From the NCBI GenBank assembly GCA_965224245.1, contig OZ245046.1, forward strand, positions 3,136,001 through 3,200,000: a DNA stretch of 64,000 nucleotides, in the 5' to 3' direction. The translations under genes and the position numbers were made by a program. The stretch is from Candidatus Eiseniibacteriota bacterium. GTDB lineage: Bacteria; Eisenbacteria; RBG-16-71-46; CAZAMP01. Shown here piece after piece: positions 19,065 to 28,655 of the stretch. Within the stretch, counting starts at the first letter, position 1; every line of letters starts with the position of its first letter. The notes under the pieces were generated by a model that did not search any database, was not told the origin of the DNA, and saw only the letters and a list, made by a program, of their open reading frames with translations.

Positions 19065-20786
19065 TCAGGGCGCGACCCAGCGATGCCGTCTATTCGTCTC
19101 CAGATCGGTGTGCAGGGTCGACGCGCCGTCCGGCCACCGGACCCGCACGGAGTCGACGACCGCGCAGTCGCCGAGCCCGAAGTGGAGCCGAAACGAGCTC
19201 TGCGACTGATACGTCGAGCCGCTCCGAACCTCCCGGACCTGCTGCCTCCCGGCGGCGTGAAGCGTCGCGAGCGCGCCGATCGCCGCGCTCCCCCGCGCGT
19301 CGACGAGGTCGAGGACGAGCCAGCGCCCCGATCCCGACGCATCGTTGCGAAACAGGAGCGGGCGGCAGTCCATTCCGGTCACCACGGCATCGACGTCGCC
19401 GTCGTTGTCGTAGTCGCCCATCGCGAGCCCGCGGCCGGAGATGGGGAGTCCGAGTCCCGGAACGTCCGAGGCATCGACGAACGCCCCCGCGTCGTTCCGG
19501 AACAGGAGCGGCGCCTGTGCATAGGTCTCGTCCAGCTCGGCGACGTCGTCGACCTGAGGGAAGATGTGGCCGTTGATGATCAACAGGTCCAGGTCCGCGT
19601 CGTTGTCGTAGTCGAAGAACGCGCAGCCCCAGCTCAGCGGACGGTAGGAGACGCGATCGATGTCGTGTCCGGCCGTCACGTCCTGGAAGAACAGACCTCC
19701 GGCGTTGTGGTAGAGCGTGGAGTGATCGAATGCGAAGTTCGTGACGAAGATCTCCTGCAGACCGTCGCCGTCCACGTCCCCGGCGTCGACGCCCATCCCC
19801 GCCTGAGCGGATCCATGGTCGCTGAAGCCCGCTCCGCTCCAGGCGCCGACGTCGGCGAAATGCCCCGAACCGTCGTTCCGATAGAGGAAGTTCTGGTTGG
19901 AGTCGTTGGCCACGTACACGTCCACGTCTCCGTCGGCATCGAGGTCCGAGGTGAGCACGCCGAGGCCGTACGCCTCGGCGTCGTCGGTGAACCCGCTCTC
20001 GTCGGTGGCGTCGGTGAACGAGCCGTCTCCCTCGTTCCGGAAGAACCGGTCGCGTCCGCCACGGAGCCCGAACGGGCCGATCATGACGTCGACCTTTCCT
20101 TTCCAACGTCCCGTTCGTTCCGCGCCGTGGACGTCGTCCTCGGAGCAGTCGATGTAGTTGGCCACGTAGAGATCGAGATCCCCGTCGCCGTCGGCATCGA
20201 AGAACGAGGCCCCTGCGCCCCATCCGGGCTCGTCGACGCCGGCGCCGGCTGCACGCTCCTCGAAGCTCCCGTCACCGCGGTTGCGATAGAGGCGATTGGG
20301 TCCGAAGTTGGTCACGTAGAGGTCGACGTGACCGTCGCCGTCGTAGTCGCCGGCGCACACGCCCGCGCCCCAGAGATCGTCACCGACCCCGGCCTCCGCG
20401 GTCACGTCCTCGAACAGATGCCCCTCCCAGTTTCGAAACAACCGGTTCTCGCCCCGGATCGCGACACCGGAGGGGGACTCGTCGAGACGCCACGCGTTGA
20501 CCACGTAGAGGTCGAGCCAGCCGTCGGCGTCGTAGTCCACGAACGCGACCCCGGTGCCGACGGACTCCAGGATGTGGTCCTTGTCCCGACCTCCGGCCCA
20601 GGTCGTCACCTCGAGACCCATCGGCTCGGCGATCTCGACGAAACCCCCCGTCCCCGCGGGGATCGGGGACGGCTCGTCGCGCGCGCAGGAGATGGAGAGC
20701 AGCGCCCCGACGACGAGAGGGGCGCCCACCCACGATGCCGCACGGGTATCCGGAACGCGGATCGGCCCGCGCCGTCGATGCCGCAA
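19065..20786 (-). CDS. CRTAC1-family FG-GAP/ASPIC-UnbV lipoprotein
   Basis: LSISC lipobox; DYDxDG repeats, AGMGVDAGD, SWGCAFFDYDND; C-terminal LHFGLG. Confidence 0.85.
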   Translation of the reverse strand: MRHRRRGPIRVPDTRAASWVGAPLVVGALLSISCARDEPSPIPAGTGGFVEIAEPMGLEVTTWAGGRDKDHILESVGTGVAFVDYDADGWLDLYVVNAWRLDESPSGVAIRGENRLFRNWEGHLFEDVTAEAGVGDDLWGAGVCAGDYDGDGHVDLYVTNFGPNRLYRNRGDGSFEERAAGAGVDEPGWGAGASFFDADGDGDLDLYVANYIDCSEDDVHGAERTGRWKGKVDVMIGPFGLRGGRDRFFRNEGDGSFTDATDESGFTDDAEAYGLGVLTSDLDADGDVDVYVANDSNQNFLYRNDGSGHFADVGAWSGAGFSDHGSAQAGMGVDAGDVDGDGLQEIFVTNFAFDHSTLYHNAGGLFFQDVTAGHDIDRVSYRPLSWGCAFFDYDNDADLDLLIINGHIFPQVDDVAELDETYAQAPLLFRNDAGAFVDASDVPGLGLPISGRGLAMGDYDNDGDVDAVVTGMDCRPLLFRNDASGSGRWLVLDLVDARGSAAIGALATLHAAGRQQVREVRSGSTYQSQSSFRLHFGLGDCAVVDSVRVRWPDGASTLHTDLETNRRHRWVAP

Positions 20787-20794
20787 GGCCTCGC

Positions 20795-21334
20795 CTACTC
20801 TTCCGGAGCGAGGGCGGCCTCGACCAGGGCGTCGAGTGTGCTCCGGGCTTCGGCGATCTGCTCGGCGGTGGCGGAGGCCCCGAGCCGAGCCACGGCGCCG
20901 GCATGGTCGAGCAGCGCTTTCTTCTCGTCGGGGTCGACGAAGACGTAGTCCGCCTCGCTCTCTGCGTCGCTGTGGTGATGGTGGTGATGATGGTGCCCCG
21001 CCTCCGTCAGGGCCTGCCGCACGGCCTGCACGGCCTTCCCTCCTTCGGTGGCGACCTTCGTGATCTCACCGGCCGCCGCTTCGAGGTTCTTGGCGACGTC
21101 CTGACCCGCCGTCGCCCGGGCGAAGTAGTGGACGGCCATCATGTGGTGGTTCGTCAGAATAGTCGCGACCAGTCCGTTCTCGGCCTCGCGGAGCTCGATC
21201 AGCGACCTCGCGAGGTGCTCGTACGTTTGCGCGAGAACGGCTTCCTCGGGGTTCTCGTCGGCGGCGATCGACGAGCCGGCAACCGCGACCATCAGCAACA
21301 CGACAGAGAAAAAAACGGCGATGGGCTTCATCAC
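20795..21334 (-). CDS. Secreted helical protein with His8 tract
   Basis: GAGGAG RBS, signal peptide, eight consecutive CAC/CAT codons. Confidence 0.75.
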   Translation of the reverse strand: MMKPIAVFFSVVLLMVAVAGSSIAADENPEEAVLAQTYEHLARSLIELREAENGLVATILTNHHMMAVHYFARATAGQDVAKNLEAAAGEITKVATEGGKAVQAVRQALTEAGHHHHHHHHSDAESEADYVFVDPDEKKALLDHAGAVARLGASATAEQIAEARSTLDALVEAALAPEE

Positions 21335-21643
21335 GTGCTCCTCTCGGCAATCGCCCCGGCCTCCGATCCATCCGGCGGGCGTGGCCCGCCGCGGATCTGT
21401 TGAACGATACCGGCGACTCTATTCCCCGGAAACCAGCCGCTTCAAGCCGGTTCTTGCCGGGTTTCGATTGCGGCGCGGTTGCAGCCGCGCATCGCGACGA
21501 GACCGGCGGTCCGAAGCCGATCGTCGCTCGTGTCGCCGAACGCGACGCGCGAAGGGCGTCGAAGAAACCGCTGGCGCCCGCCGGTCACCACGGGTACCGT
21601 CCTGAGCCCCGTTCCGGTTCGACCGCCATCGTTGGAGATCGCC

Positions 21644-24460
21644 ATGAACCGGCACGTCCGCTGGCTGCTCCTCTCGGCCATGCTCGTCCCGATCCGATCC
21701 GCCTCGGCGGACGAGTCCACGCTGCGCCTCGGGGGCCGGGTTCCCGCCGTCGACCGTCTCCTCGCTCACGTGACGTCGGAGTCCGTCGACGAGCCGGCGA
21801 CGATCGACGTCGTCGTCTTCTGGGCCTCCTGGTGTCCCAACAGCCGCGACGTGCTCACGCAGCTCGACGCCCGTCGGGCGGAGCTGTCGGGCGCACGGAT
21901 CCTGGCGGTGGCCACCGAGCCCGAGTCCGTCGTTCGCACCTTTCTCTCGACGGCCCCGTGGTCACGGCTCGACGTGACCGTCGACGACGATGGCGTCCTT
22001 CGCCGAACACTGATGGACGCCGCCGGCCACGACGGACCACTGCCGTTCGGCTTCGTCATCGAGCGCGCGGAGTCCCGTCTCCTGTGGCACGGTCCGCTCC
22101 GCCGGCCCGACGATCCCGATCCCGACGAGGCCTTTCTCGACGTGATCGAGCGGGTGCTCTCGGGTCGCTACGACCTCGACGCCGCCATCTCCGACGCGGA
22201 GCGTCGGGCGGCGTTCCGCGATGCGATCGCGTCCCTCGAACAGGCTCACGAGGCATCCGACGTCGACGCCGCGGTCGAGGCTCTTCGCGGCGCGTTCCCG
22301 GCGCCGCCGCGCGACCTCTCGCGCGAGGCCATCTCGGCGCTGAACGGCGTCGCCTGGAGCCTCGTCACCTCCGAGGGGCGATCGCCCGAGGATGTTGCCG
22401 CGGGGCTCCGCGCCATCGAGCTGGCGATGAGGTTCGGCGCCGACTCCGATCCGCTCGTCATCGACACCCATGCCCGCGCGGTGTACGAGACGGGCGATCT
22501 CTCACGGGCACACGAGATCCAGAGTCGAGCGGTCGCGCTGTCGCGCGGGCAGCCGGTCGAGGCCGAGCTCTCGGCCACGTTGCGGGCCTATGCCGCCGAG
22601 CTTGGGCTGGAGCCCGATCCCCCGAGCGCGACGCCGGAGACTCCCGAGGCACCGTCAGCGTGGACGGGCTCCATCAACCTCGTGTTCGACGCGTTCGAGA
22701 AAGCGACGTCGATGACGATCGTTCGTCCGGCCCCCGGGGATTCCACCGAACGCGCGGCCTGGGACGAGGAGATCCAGGCCCTGACGTCGCGGCTCTTCGA
22801 CGGCGTCCCGGTCACCGGAGCCGCCGAGCTGTCCATGGTCGATCGCGAGGAGCGCGTGCTCGTCCTCTACGGAACACCCGGATCGAACCCGGTGATGCGT
22901 GAGGTGCTCGATCATCATGGCATCGTGCTGGAGGCGGACCACGTCTCGTTCGGGGATCAGACCGTTCACGCCCCGTCGGCGTCGCTGATCGCGGCACTGC
23001 CCTCGCCGTGGAACCGAACACTTCCGCTCGTTCTCTATGCGGGTCATGCCGACTCCGCCGCGCACGGGCTCAACCGGATCTTCCACGGTCCGACGGCCGT
23101 GTTCGTGGGCTCCGGCGCGTCCGGGCGTCCGGGTGCCGTCCTGTCCGCGAACGTCACGCTCGATGCCGACGGCCGGGTGACCGCCCTCGCCATCGGTCCG
23201 CGAACGCTGTCCGCCGGCGAGGCGATCGCGGATCTCGCACAGCTCCACGAGCTCCTTCGGGCCAGCTACGCGGGGTACGACGACATCGCCTGGCAGCTGC
23301 GCTCCGCCGGCTCCTCCTGGACGGCCCGCACCGACACCTTCCGAGAGGACCTCGCCACGCGCGATCGCTGGAGCTGGACCGAGGTGTTCGACCGGCTCGA
23401 GGCCTATCTCGACCCCGTGCAGGACTATCACTTCCACATGCGCGGCACCGGCGATTCCGACCGCGGCGTGGTCGAGCGGGATGCGCATCGGGTCCGCTCG
23501 TTCGTCGCCCGGTTCACGGACCTCCGGGTCCACGTGGTGGATGGCACGGCCCGCGTCGCGGTCGCTCCCGACTCGCTCGCCGCCGTCATCGGATCGACGC
23601 TGCCGGACGTGGAGGTGGTGGGAACGCCGATCGAGGTCGCGCCTCTTCGGCCCTATCTGTTCCCCACGCTCCCCGCCCCGGGAGAGCCCGACGACGCGAC
23701 CTTCCTGCTCGGCGTGCTGGCTCCGGTCGAGGAGGATCCGCCGGCGACGGTAGAGGTCGCGCTCTCCCGCGAGGGCGACGCCCAATCGTGGGCGATCCCC
23801 CTGCATCGCGGTCGCGTGCGCTTGCCGCGGCAGCGCACCGCCTGGAGCGTCCAGGTTCCCCCGGATGCCCCGCTGCCGACGCTCTCGGTGCGCACGATGC
23901 ACGCTCCGAGCCTGGCCGGGCTTCCCGGATCCGCCGACTCGCTGCGCGTGCTGTCCGAGCTCGTGCTCGACCTCCGCGCGAACGGTGGCGGATCGGATAC
24001 CCCCGCCATGCAGTGGTGCTCCCGCCTCAGCGGGCAGCCGTTCCGCTGGGAGTGCGGCGCGTCGATGAACGTGGCCGAGCCGGACCCCCGACGGCGCTGG
24101 ACGTCTCACCTGGACGGCTGGCTCACTGGCATCGAGCCACGGGCCCCCGAGCCGTACGGCGGCCGGCTCCTCGTGATCATCGACAACGGGGTCGCCTCGT
24201 CGGGTGAGACGTTCGCGATGCTGGCCGGTCAGATCGAGGGAGCCGTGATCGTGGGCGAGAACACCGCGGGCTGCACGAGCTACGGCAACGTGGGCACCCA
24301 TGGCCCGCTCGCGAACAGCCGGATCTCGCTCTCGTTCGGGCGAACCCGGTTCGTTCCCGAGTGCATCCGCCCCACGCGCGAGGGCGTGGGGATGTTCCCC
24401 GACTACTGGCTCGACGATCCCCGACCCCTCGAGGCGCTGGCGCGCCGACCGCCGCGCTGA
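21644..24460 (+). CDS. Secreted thioredoxin-like (WCxxS) / TPR-like / S41 peptidase fusion
   Basis: GGAG RBS; FWASWCPNS; LDLRANGGGSD; ASSGE; VGENTAG; GVGMFPD. Confidence 0.75.
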   Translation: MNRHVRWLLLSAMLVPIRSASADESTLRLGGRVPAVDRLLAHVTSESVDEPATIDVVVFWASWCPNSRDVLTQLDARRAELSGARILAVATEPESVVRTFLSTAPWSRLDVTVDDDGVLRRTLMDAAGHDGPLPFGFVIERAESRLLWHGPLRRPDDPDPDEAFLDVIERVLSGRYDLDAAISDAERRAAFRDAIASLEQAHEASDVDAAVEALRGAFPAPPRDLSREAISALNGVAWSLVTSEGRSPEDVAAGLRAIELAMRFGADSDPLVIDTHARAVYETGDLSRAHEIQSRAVALSRGQPVEAELSATLRAYAAELGLEPDPPSATPETPEAPSAWTGSINLVFDAFEKATSMTIVRPAPGDSTERAAWDEEIQALTSRLFDGVPVTGAAELSMVDREERVLVLYGTPGSNPVMREVLDHHGIVLEADHVSFGDQTVHAPSASLIAALPSPWNRTLPLVLYAGHADSAAHGLNRIFHGPTAVFVGSGASGRPGAVLSANVTLDADGRVTALAIGPRTLSAGEAIADLAQLHELLRASYAGYDDIAWQLRSAGSSWTARTDTFREDLATRDRWSWTEVFDRLEAYLDPVQDYHFHMRGTGDSDRGVVERDAHRVRSFVARFTDLRVHVVDGTARVAVAPDSLAAVIGSTLPDVEVVGTPIEVAPLRPYLFPTLPAPGEPDDATFLLGVLAPVEEDPPATVEVALSREGDAQSWAIPLHRGRVRLPRQRTAWSVQVPPDAPLPTLSVRTMHAPSLAGLPGSADSLRVLSELVLDLRANGGGSDTPAMQWCSRLSGQPFRWECGASMNVAEPDPRRRWTSHLDGWLTGIEPRAPEPYGGRLLVIIDNGVASSGETFAMLAGQIEGAVIVGENTAGCTSYGNVGTHGPLANSRISLSFGRTRFVPECIRPTREGVGMFPDYWLDDPRPLEALARRPPR

Positions 24461-24598
24461 CGACGGGCAATGGCGCGCCAGACACGGAGGCCCACCGGCA
24501 TCCGCCGACTCCGGGCCGACCGGCGATGCGCGTTCAAACCCTTCCACCACCCGCAACGTCTCACCGATCGGTGGCATTTGGTGGAGGAGGGTCTGCCC

Positions 24599-25828
24599 GT
24601 GGCCTCGTCGGTCCTTACACGCATCGTGCTCGTCGGAGTCGTCGTGCTGAGCGGTCGGTCCGCCGCGGCGGACTCCTCCGGGAGTGAGCTCTCGCCGGAA
24701 CGACTCGACCCCGTCCAGCGCCTGCTGGAGACCGCCGTCAACGACGGGCGCATCACCGCGGCCGTCGCGCTGGTCGCTCGCGATGACGAGGTGATCTGGC
24801 GGGGAGTCGCCGGCGAGATGTCTCCCGGGGTTCCCATGCGCGCGGACGCCATCCTCCCGCTCGCGTCGGTGGGGAAGATGTTCACCGCGACCGCCGCGAT
24901 GATCCTCGTCGAACGGGGCGTGATCGCTCTCGACGATCCCGTGAGCACGTACATCCCGGAGCTCGCGAACGTGAGGATCGAGACCGGAGGCGAGAGCGGC
25001 GGGACATCCGTCGTTGCGCCCGAACGCCCGATCACCGTGTACCACCTGCTCACGCACACGGGCGGCCTCTCGGTGACCGGCGACGCGTTCTGGGCGGACT
25101 GGGACGCCAACGTGGGCAAGACCACGACGACACACCTCGCCCGGGCGCTGGCCGCGCGACCGCTGTTCGCGGCGCCCGGAGACGCGTTCATGTATGGGCC
25201 CACCGGTGCGTCGTACGAGGTGCTCGGGGCGGTCATCGAGATCGCCAGTGGGCGGTCGCTCGAGGCGTTCATGACCGAGAACGTCTTCGAGCCGCTCGGT
25301 CTGTCCGACAGCTACTTCTACCTGCCGGAGGAGAAGTCGAATCGACTGCCCGCCGTCTACCGGAGAGTCGACGGCGCCTTGCAGCTGGACCGAGCGGCCG
25401 GCCGGGACTTCCCGCGCTCGACGTTCTTCCACGGCGGCGGAGGTGTGCGTTCCTCACCCGACGACGTCTTTCACTTCGCGCGGCTCTTCCTGGACGAGGG
25501 ATCGGTGGACGGCGTGCGGATTCTCGAGCCCGCGAGCGTCGAGATGATGATGACGGACCAGCTCGGAGACCTGGCACCCGACGAGTGGCGAGCGCTCGGC
25601 CTCAGCTGGGGATACGGAGCGGCCGTGAAGGTCTCGGAAAGCGCCGATGGCTCGCCCGTGGTCGAGCAGTACGGCTGGGTCGGCGGCGGGTTCGCCAAGC
25701 TCTGGATCGACCCGCGCGAACGCCTGATCGCGTACCTGAACGTCCCGCTGATGCCCCCCGGGGACAAAGCGCTCCTGGACGCGTTCGAGGAGCGGGTGTA
25801 CGCCGCCCTGGCGCCCCGGCCCCGGTAG
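24599..25828 (+). CDS. Serine hydrolase, class C beta-lactamase family
   Basis: GGAGG RBS before GTG; ASVGK (SxxK), LLTHTGG, YG, GWVG. Confidence 0.85.
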   Translation: MASSVLTRIVLVGVVVLSGRSAAADSSGSELSPERLDPVQRLLETAVNDGRITAAVALVARDDEVIWRGVAGEMSPGVPMRADAILPLASVGKMFTATAAMILVERGVIALDDPVSTYIPELANVRIETGGESGGTSVVAPERPITVYHLLTHTGGLSVTGDAFWADWDANVGKTTTTHLARALAARPLFAAPGDAFMYGPTGASYEVLGAVIEIASGRSLEAFMTENVFEPLGLSDSYFYLPEEKSNRLPAVYRRVDGALQLDRAAGRDFPRSTFFHGGGGVRSSPDDVFHFARLFLDEGSVDGVRILEPASVEMMMTDQLGDLAPDEWRALGLSWGYGAAVKVSESADGSPVVEQYGWVGGGFAKLWIDPRERLIAYLNVPLMPPGDKALLDAFEERVYAALAPRPR

Positions 25829-26021
25829 CGGAGCGGCACATGCGGGACGGTCGCCCGCCGGCAAGGAGACGGTCCGGCTGCCGGCGGCGGCGCGTGTATC
25901 ACCTCGCGAGCGCGCGGGGTCTGCCCTCGAAACGTCCTCATCGGCGCGCCGGCACGCAACGGAGATCCACGCGACGTCCCGAGGCGACCGGCGCTCGAGC
26001 CCGTACGTCAGGAGGTACGCC

Positions 26022-27875
26022 GTGCTCCGTGCGCTCCTCGTCACCTCCGGGGCGCTCGCGTTCGGATCCGCCCCGCTCCGGGCCGCGCCCGATCTCCGCA
26101 CGATCCTGGTCACCGGCGATCCGGTTCCCGGCGGTCCCGAAGGGGAGACGATCCGGTGGATCGGCAGCCCGCCCTCCACCGGAGACGCGCTGGCCATCAC
26201 CGGCGACCGGGGCGACGTGGGGTTCGTCGCGGGCTGGGGCGCCAGCGTGTTCGAGCCTCACGGCGTGTTCGTGGACGAAGGTGGCCTCGTGCGGCGGATC
26301 GCGGAGCGCGGGGAGATGGCCCCGGGGACCGCCGTCCCGTTCGACTTCTTCCCGGGGATCTTTCCCGCGTCGCCTCACCCGAGCGGCGGGCGGGTTGCCT
26401 TTGCCGGTGGAGTCACACCCGACACGACGCCGATCTCGGGGCTCTGGTCGGACCGGACCGGCTCCCTCGAGCTCGTCTTCCTCGACACCGATCATCCCCC
26501 GGACACGCCACCGGGGTACGGATTCTTCCAGTGGGTGCACGCGCTGCGCGGCGACGCCATCGTGGTCAACGCGCGGTACGGAACACACATCAACGAGCAC
26601 GGCTTCTGGCGTGATCCCGGGACCGGCTTCGAGACGATCGCGCTCACGATGACCCATGCACCGGGGACGCCCGAAGGCGTGGTGTTCGGCAACGGGACCG
26701 AGCTGGCGCTCGGCGCCTTCCAGAACTGGGACCTCGACGACGCCGCGCGGATCGCGTTCCACGCGATGATCATGGGATCGGGCGTGGGTGACCTGAACGA
26801 CGAGGGGATCTGGTCGGAAGGGGCGGCGGGACTCTCGCTGCTCGCGCGCGAAGGCGACCCCGCGCCCGGAGATCCCGGCGCGGTCTACCTCGGCTATCAG
26901 GGCTTTCGAACCTTCGGTCACGGCAACGTCCCCGGCGTCCTGCGTTCCGGTACGGGTTACACCGTCTTCGGCGCACAGACCGACGTGCCCGGCAACACCT
27001 ACCCCGGTGCCGGGATCTACAGCGATCGCACCGGTACCGTCGAGCGCATCGCGCTGGGACGTCCCGCGGCGGAATCGCCCGACGGCGAGGAGGCGCCGGG
27101 CTTTCCCGCCGGCGTGACGTTCACCACGTTCCTGGCCGCGCGCATCACGGATGCCGGCGTGGTCGCCATCAACGGCGGGACGACGTCGGGCGCGCTCGCG
27201 ATCTGGTGGGATCTCCACGGCGCGCTCGAGCGCGTGGTCACGACCGGCGACGGAGCCACGGGCCTCCCGGCGGGCTGGACGCTCACGCTGCCGGTCCTGA
27301 TCGGGGTCACGGATCCGGGCTACATGTACGTGTCCTCGAGCCTCGACACTCCTTCAGGCACGCGCGCGGGGGTCTTCCTCGTCCTCCCGACCGGCGAGGT
27401 GCAGCTCGTCGCGGCGACCGGACTGGGCTACGAGGTGCGCCCGGGCGACGTTCGGACCGTGGGCACCATCAATCGTGGAGCCGGGATCGGAGACGGGGGC
27501 CAGATCACGCTCGAGCTCGAGTTCGGCGATGGGAGCGAGGCGTTGATCCAGGCGGCTCCTTCGGAGGTCGTAGCGGTGTCGGACGGAACGCCGAGCGCTC
27601 GAAGAGTCCCGGTGAGCGTGTACCCGAATCCGTTCCGTTTCGAGTCGGTGATCACGATCCGCGGCGAAGGAGCCGGGCCGCTGGTCATCGCGGTCTTCGA
27701 TGCGACCGGACGCCGCGTCCGCACGCTCGAGTCGACCCCCTCGACCGAACGCGAGGTGCGAGTCTTCTGGGATGGACGCGACGACGCGGGACGGCGGCTC
27801 TCGCCCGGCGTCTACTTCGTGCGCACGCAGCGTGGCGCGGCGGCTACGGTGACGAAGCTCATCCTCTCGCGGTGA
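26022..27875 (+). CDS. Secreted repeat protein (xxGxxAF-type repeats) with FlgD-Ig domain
   Basis: AGGAGG RBS; repeated GDPAPG / GxVAF / GIWS units; YPNPF...WDGRDDAG...GVYF tail. Confidence 0.75.
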   Translation: MLRALLVTSGALAFGSAPLRAAPDLRTILVTGDPVPGGPEGETIRWIGSPPSTGDALAITGDRGDVGFVAGWGASVFEPHGVFVDEGGLVRRIAERGEMAPGTAVPFDFFPGIFPASPHPSGGRVAFAGGVTPDTTPISGLWSDRTGSLELVFLDTDHPPDTPPGYGFFQWVHALRGDAIVVNARYGTHINEHGFWRDPGTGFETIALTMTHAPGTPEGVVFGNGTELALGAFQNWDLDDAARIAFHAMIMGSGVGDLNDEGIWSEGAAGLSLLAREGDPAPGDPGAVYLGYQGFRTFGHGNVPGVLRSGTGYTVFGAQTDVPGNTYPGAGIYSDRTGTVERIALGRPAAESPDGEEAPGFPAGVTFTTFLAARITDAGVVAINGGTTSGALAIWWDLHGALERVVTTGDGATGLPAGWTLTLPVLIGVTDPGYMYVSSSLDTPSGTRAGVFLVLPTGEVQLVAATGLGYEVRPGDVRTVGTINRGAGIGDGGQITLELEFGDGSEALIQAAPSEVVAVSDGTPSARRVPVSVYPNPFRFESVITIRGEGAGPLVIAVFDATGRRVRTLESTPSTEREVRVFWDGRDDAGRRLSPGVYFVRTQRGAAATVTKLILSR

Positions 27876-27929
27876 CGCTCGACGAGGCTCCGATCGAGTC
27901 GTCGGACTCGGTGAAGGCCACCGTCTCCG

Positions 27930-28523
27930 TCAGTCGTCGGACGGCTCCCCGTCCAGCACGTCCGCCCAGTAGCTCGACCACTCGCGCAGCATCACCCGAT
28001 CGTCGAGCCTCGGCGGCAGCGAAGGCGTCCCGCGCTTCGTCAAGTAGAAGAGCCATCCGCCGAACACCGTCACCGCCAGCGCATCCCGTCGAGCCCGTGA
28101 CATCCGGCGTGCGTGGGGCTTGCGGCGCAGCCAGTCCGAGAGGGCGCGAAGAAGATCCACGCTCACGCGTCGCTCGAGGTCCTGGACCTGCGGGAGATTG
28201 CGCGTCTCGGCGATGAGATCCGCCAGTGGCGCCTGCCGCTCGGCGGCCCGCAGATAGCCTCGGGCGATCACCAGCAGCTCGGATCGCGTGTCCTCGAGCG
28301 GAAGCACGTCCTCGAACCCCAGCTCCTTGCGACTCTCGATGATCGAGGTCTCCCCGATCTCCGCGACGAGATCGGCCTTGCTGGCGAAGTGCCTGTAGAA
28401 CCCACCCGCACGCGGCGCGAGCCCCGCGGCGCGTTCGATGTCGGCGATGGACGTGCCGGCGTAGCCCTTCTCGATCATCAGCTCGAGGGCGGCCTGGCGA
28501 ATGCGCTGGCGAGTGTCGCTCAT
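27930..28523 (-). CDS. TetR family regulator
   Basis: TRQRIRQAA...GYAGTSIADI...FYRHFASKADL. Confidence 0.9.
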   Translation of the reverse strand: MSDTRQRIRQAALELMIEKGYAGTSIADIERAAGLAPRAGGFYRHFASKADLVAEIGETSIIESRKELGFEDVLPLEDTRSELLVIARGYLRAAERQAPLADLIAETRNLPQVQDLERRVSVDLLRALSDWLRRKPHARRMSRARRDALAVTVFGGWLFYLTKRGTPSLPPRLDDRVMLREWSSYWADVLDGEPSDD

Positions 28524-28572
28524 CGGAACGGCCTTGTCGGGATTCGTGAAACGGCGACGGCGTCCCCACGTA

Positions 28573-28611
28573 CAATAACGCTGTTATTGATAATCAATAA
28601 CACTATGTTTG
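28573..28611. promoter_or_regulatory. Tandem TetR-type operators CAATAAC-N3-GTTATTG
   Basis: Perfect site at 28573-28589, imperfect copy from 28595; AT-rich patch between divergent genes. Confidence 0.65.
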
Positions 28612-28655
28612 TCAAGGTGACTCCGATCCCGGTCCCCTACCGAGGAGGGCTCGCG

